In this document: in pieces, positions 34,101 to 34,455 of the stretch
Layout of the letters: every line of letters begins with the position of its first letter
Numbering within the stretch: position 1 is the first letter of the stretch
Assembly (NCBI GenBank): GCA_001655205.1
Contig: LPNZ01006643.1
Span: forward strand, 1-34,455
Direction: 5' to 3'
Length of the DNA stretch: 34,455 bases
Origin: Lenisia limosa
Taxonomy: Eukaryota; Protista; Breviatea
Made by a program: the position numbers and the translations under genes
The notes under the pieces: model-generated
The model's database searches: none
Seen by the model: the letters and a program-made list of their open reading frames with translations, nothing else
What the model was told of the DNA's origin: nothing

Positions 34101-34455
34101 CATCACATTTCATTCTTCCCGGATGTGCAAATGCAATAATCTATTATGCTTATCACACTGATCTTTTTACAGTATTCAATTTTTGGTCATTTTGACAGGT
34201 GTTGACTATTATCATATCCACTCGTAGATAGTTGAGTTTTCAATGATACTCTGACACTTGTTTGATTTGTTTTAAAATCACATCACCAGGTGAGTTTGGA
34301 CGTGGAGGTGTTCAGACGCTTTGTCTCCGCAATCGAATCAGGATACGTCACCTCCAATGACTACCACAATAAGTTAGGTTATTCACATTAAAATACTTGT
34401 GATGCCATTGATATGATGTTGTTTGGATCATAATCACCAATTGCTACCCCCCCCC
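28125..34455 (+). CDS. Putative two-TM receptor phosphodiesterase: extracellular dCache-like sensor plus cytoplasmic class I 3',5'-cyclic nucleotide PDE; 3' end lies outside the window
   Basis: Ser/Arg/Gly-rich N-terminal exon from ATG 28125; TM1 exon 28499-28621 LTVAFFIPAMFLLSATFFALY; ectodomain exons incl. 30716-30858 GELYFSRLDLNIENGAVEVPYRPMLRYGQHFY...GVVLINYAG, 31384-31520 APDDDWGWMLG...RHPHAWTSI, 31611-31726 GQVHLDDGLYTF, 31835-31932 WIMVTFVPK; TM2 exon 32033-32147 IISSLLLLFVAILAAYLIM; coiled coil 32350-32436; PDE-associated SPFESAMKLLK, SRELFRPD, EAWLFYE; catalytic-domain start 33866-33986 VMDTKSLAQSCGGTPLIVAAMHVMEKHSIF and 34290-34372 VSLDVEVFRRFVSAIESGYVTSNDYHN (class I PDE YHN motif). 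Joins from 31384 onward are phase-compatible wherever no gap intervenes. Confidence 0.85.
29273..31932 (+). other. Exons of a bacterial-type double-Cache (dCache_1-like) extracellular sensor domain
   Basis: LPPDMNFLDAAVLREY, FKDFGSARPKFNQ, NGESI, DLNIENG...P...R, GVVLINYAG, VFLIDYYG, WGWML...YP/HP..W..I, GLYTF and W.MVTFVP follow the motif order I recall from periplasmic dCache domains of bacterial sensor kinases and diguanylate cyclases; bounded by TM1 and TM2. Confidence 0.75.
33866..34372 (+). other. N-terminal part of a class I cyclic-nucleotide phosphodiesterase catalytic domain
   Basis: D..SLAQSCGGTPL (cf. FDIFEL...GRPL) and F.RFVSAIESGY..NDYHN (cf. NFLRAIE.GY..NPYHN). The metal-binding H...HD...D residues would lie beyond the window end and are not seen. 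Confidence 0.85.

Overview
Eukaryotic, intron-dense, gapped draft-genome window (short GT-AG introns, mostly about 40-200 nt; many N gaps next to G/C homopolymers or AT-rich tracts), probably a protist; the taxon cannot be fixed from sequence alone. The ORF track is mostly uninformative because the genes are spliced. Manual exon joining in the standard genetic code gives six genes: (1) 5'-truncated RAD17/Rad24 checkpoint clamp loader (+, 110-5950) with an unusual ~240-aa Q/P/S/N-rich insertion between Walker A and Walker B; (2) a signal-peptide-bearing Ser/Thr-rich orphan protein (+, 6422-~11411); (3) a Pho84/PHT1-type MFS transporter (-, 16621-11588); (4) an orphan coiled-coil protein (+, ~17010-19992); (5) a complete site-1 protease MBTPS1/SKI-1 homologue (-, 27723-20216); (6) a 3'-truncated gene (+, 28125->34455) for an apparent two-TM receptor joining a bacterial-type extracellular dCache sensor domain to a cytoplasmic class I cyclic-nucleotide phosphodiesterase. 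Gene 6, a putative ligand-gated 'receptor PDE', is the best candidate for an undescribed system. All homology calls come from recalled family motifs, not database searches; exon boundaries are manual predictions.
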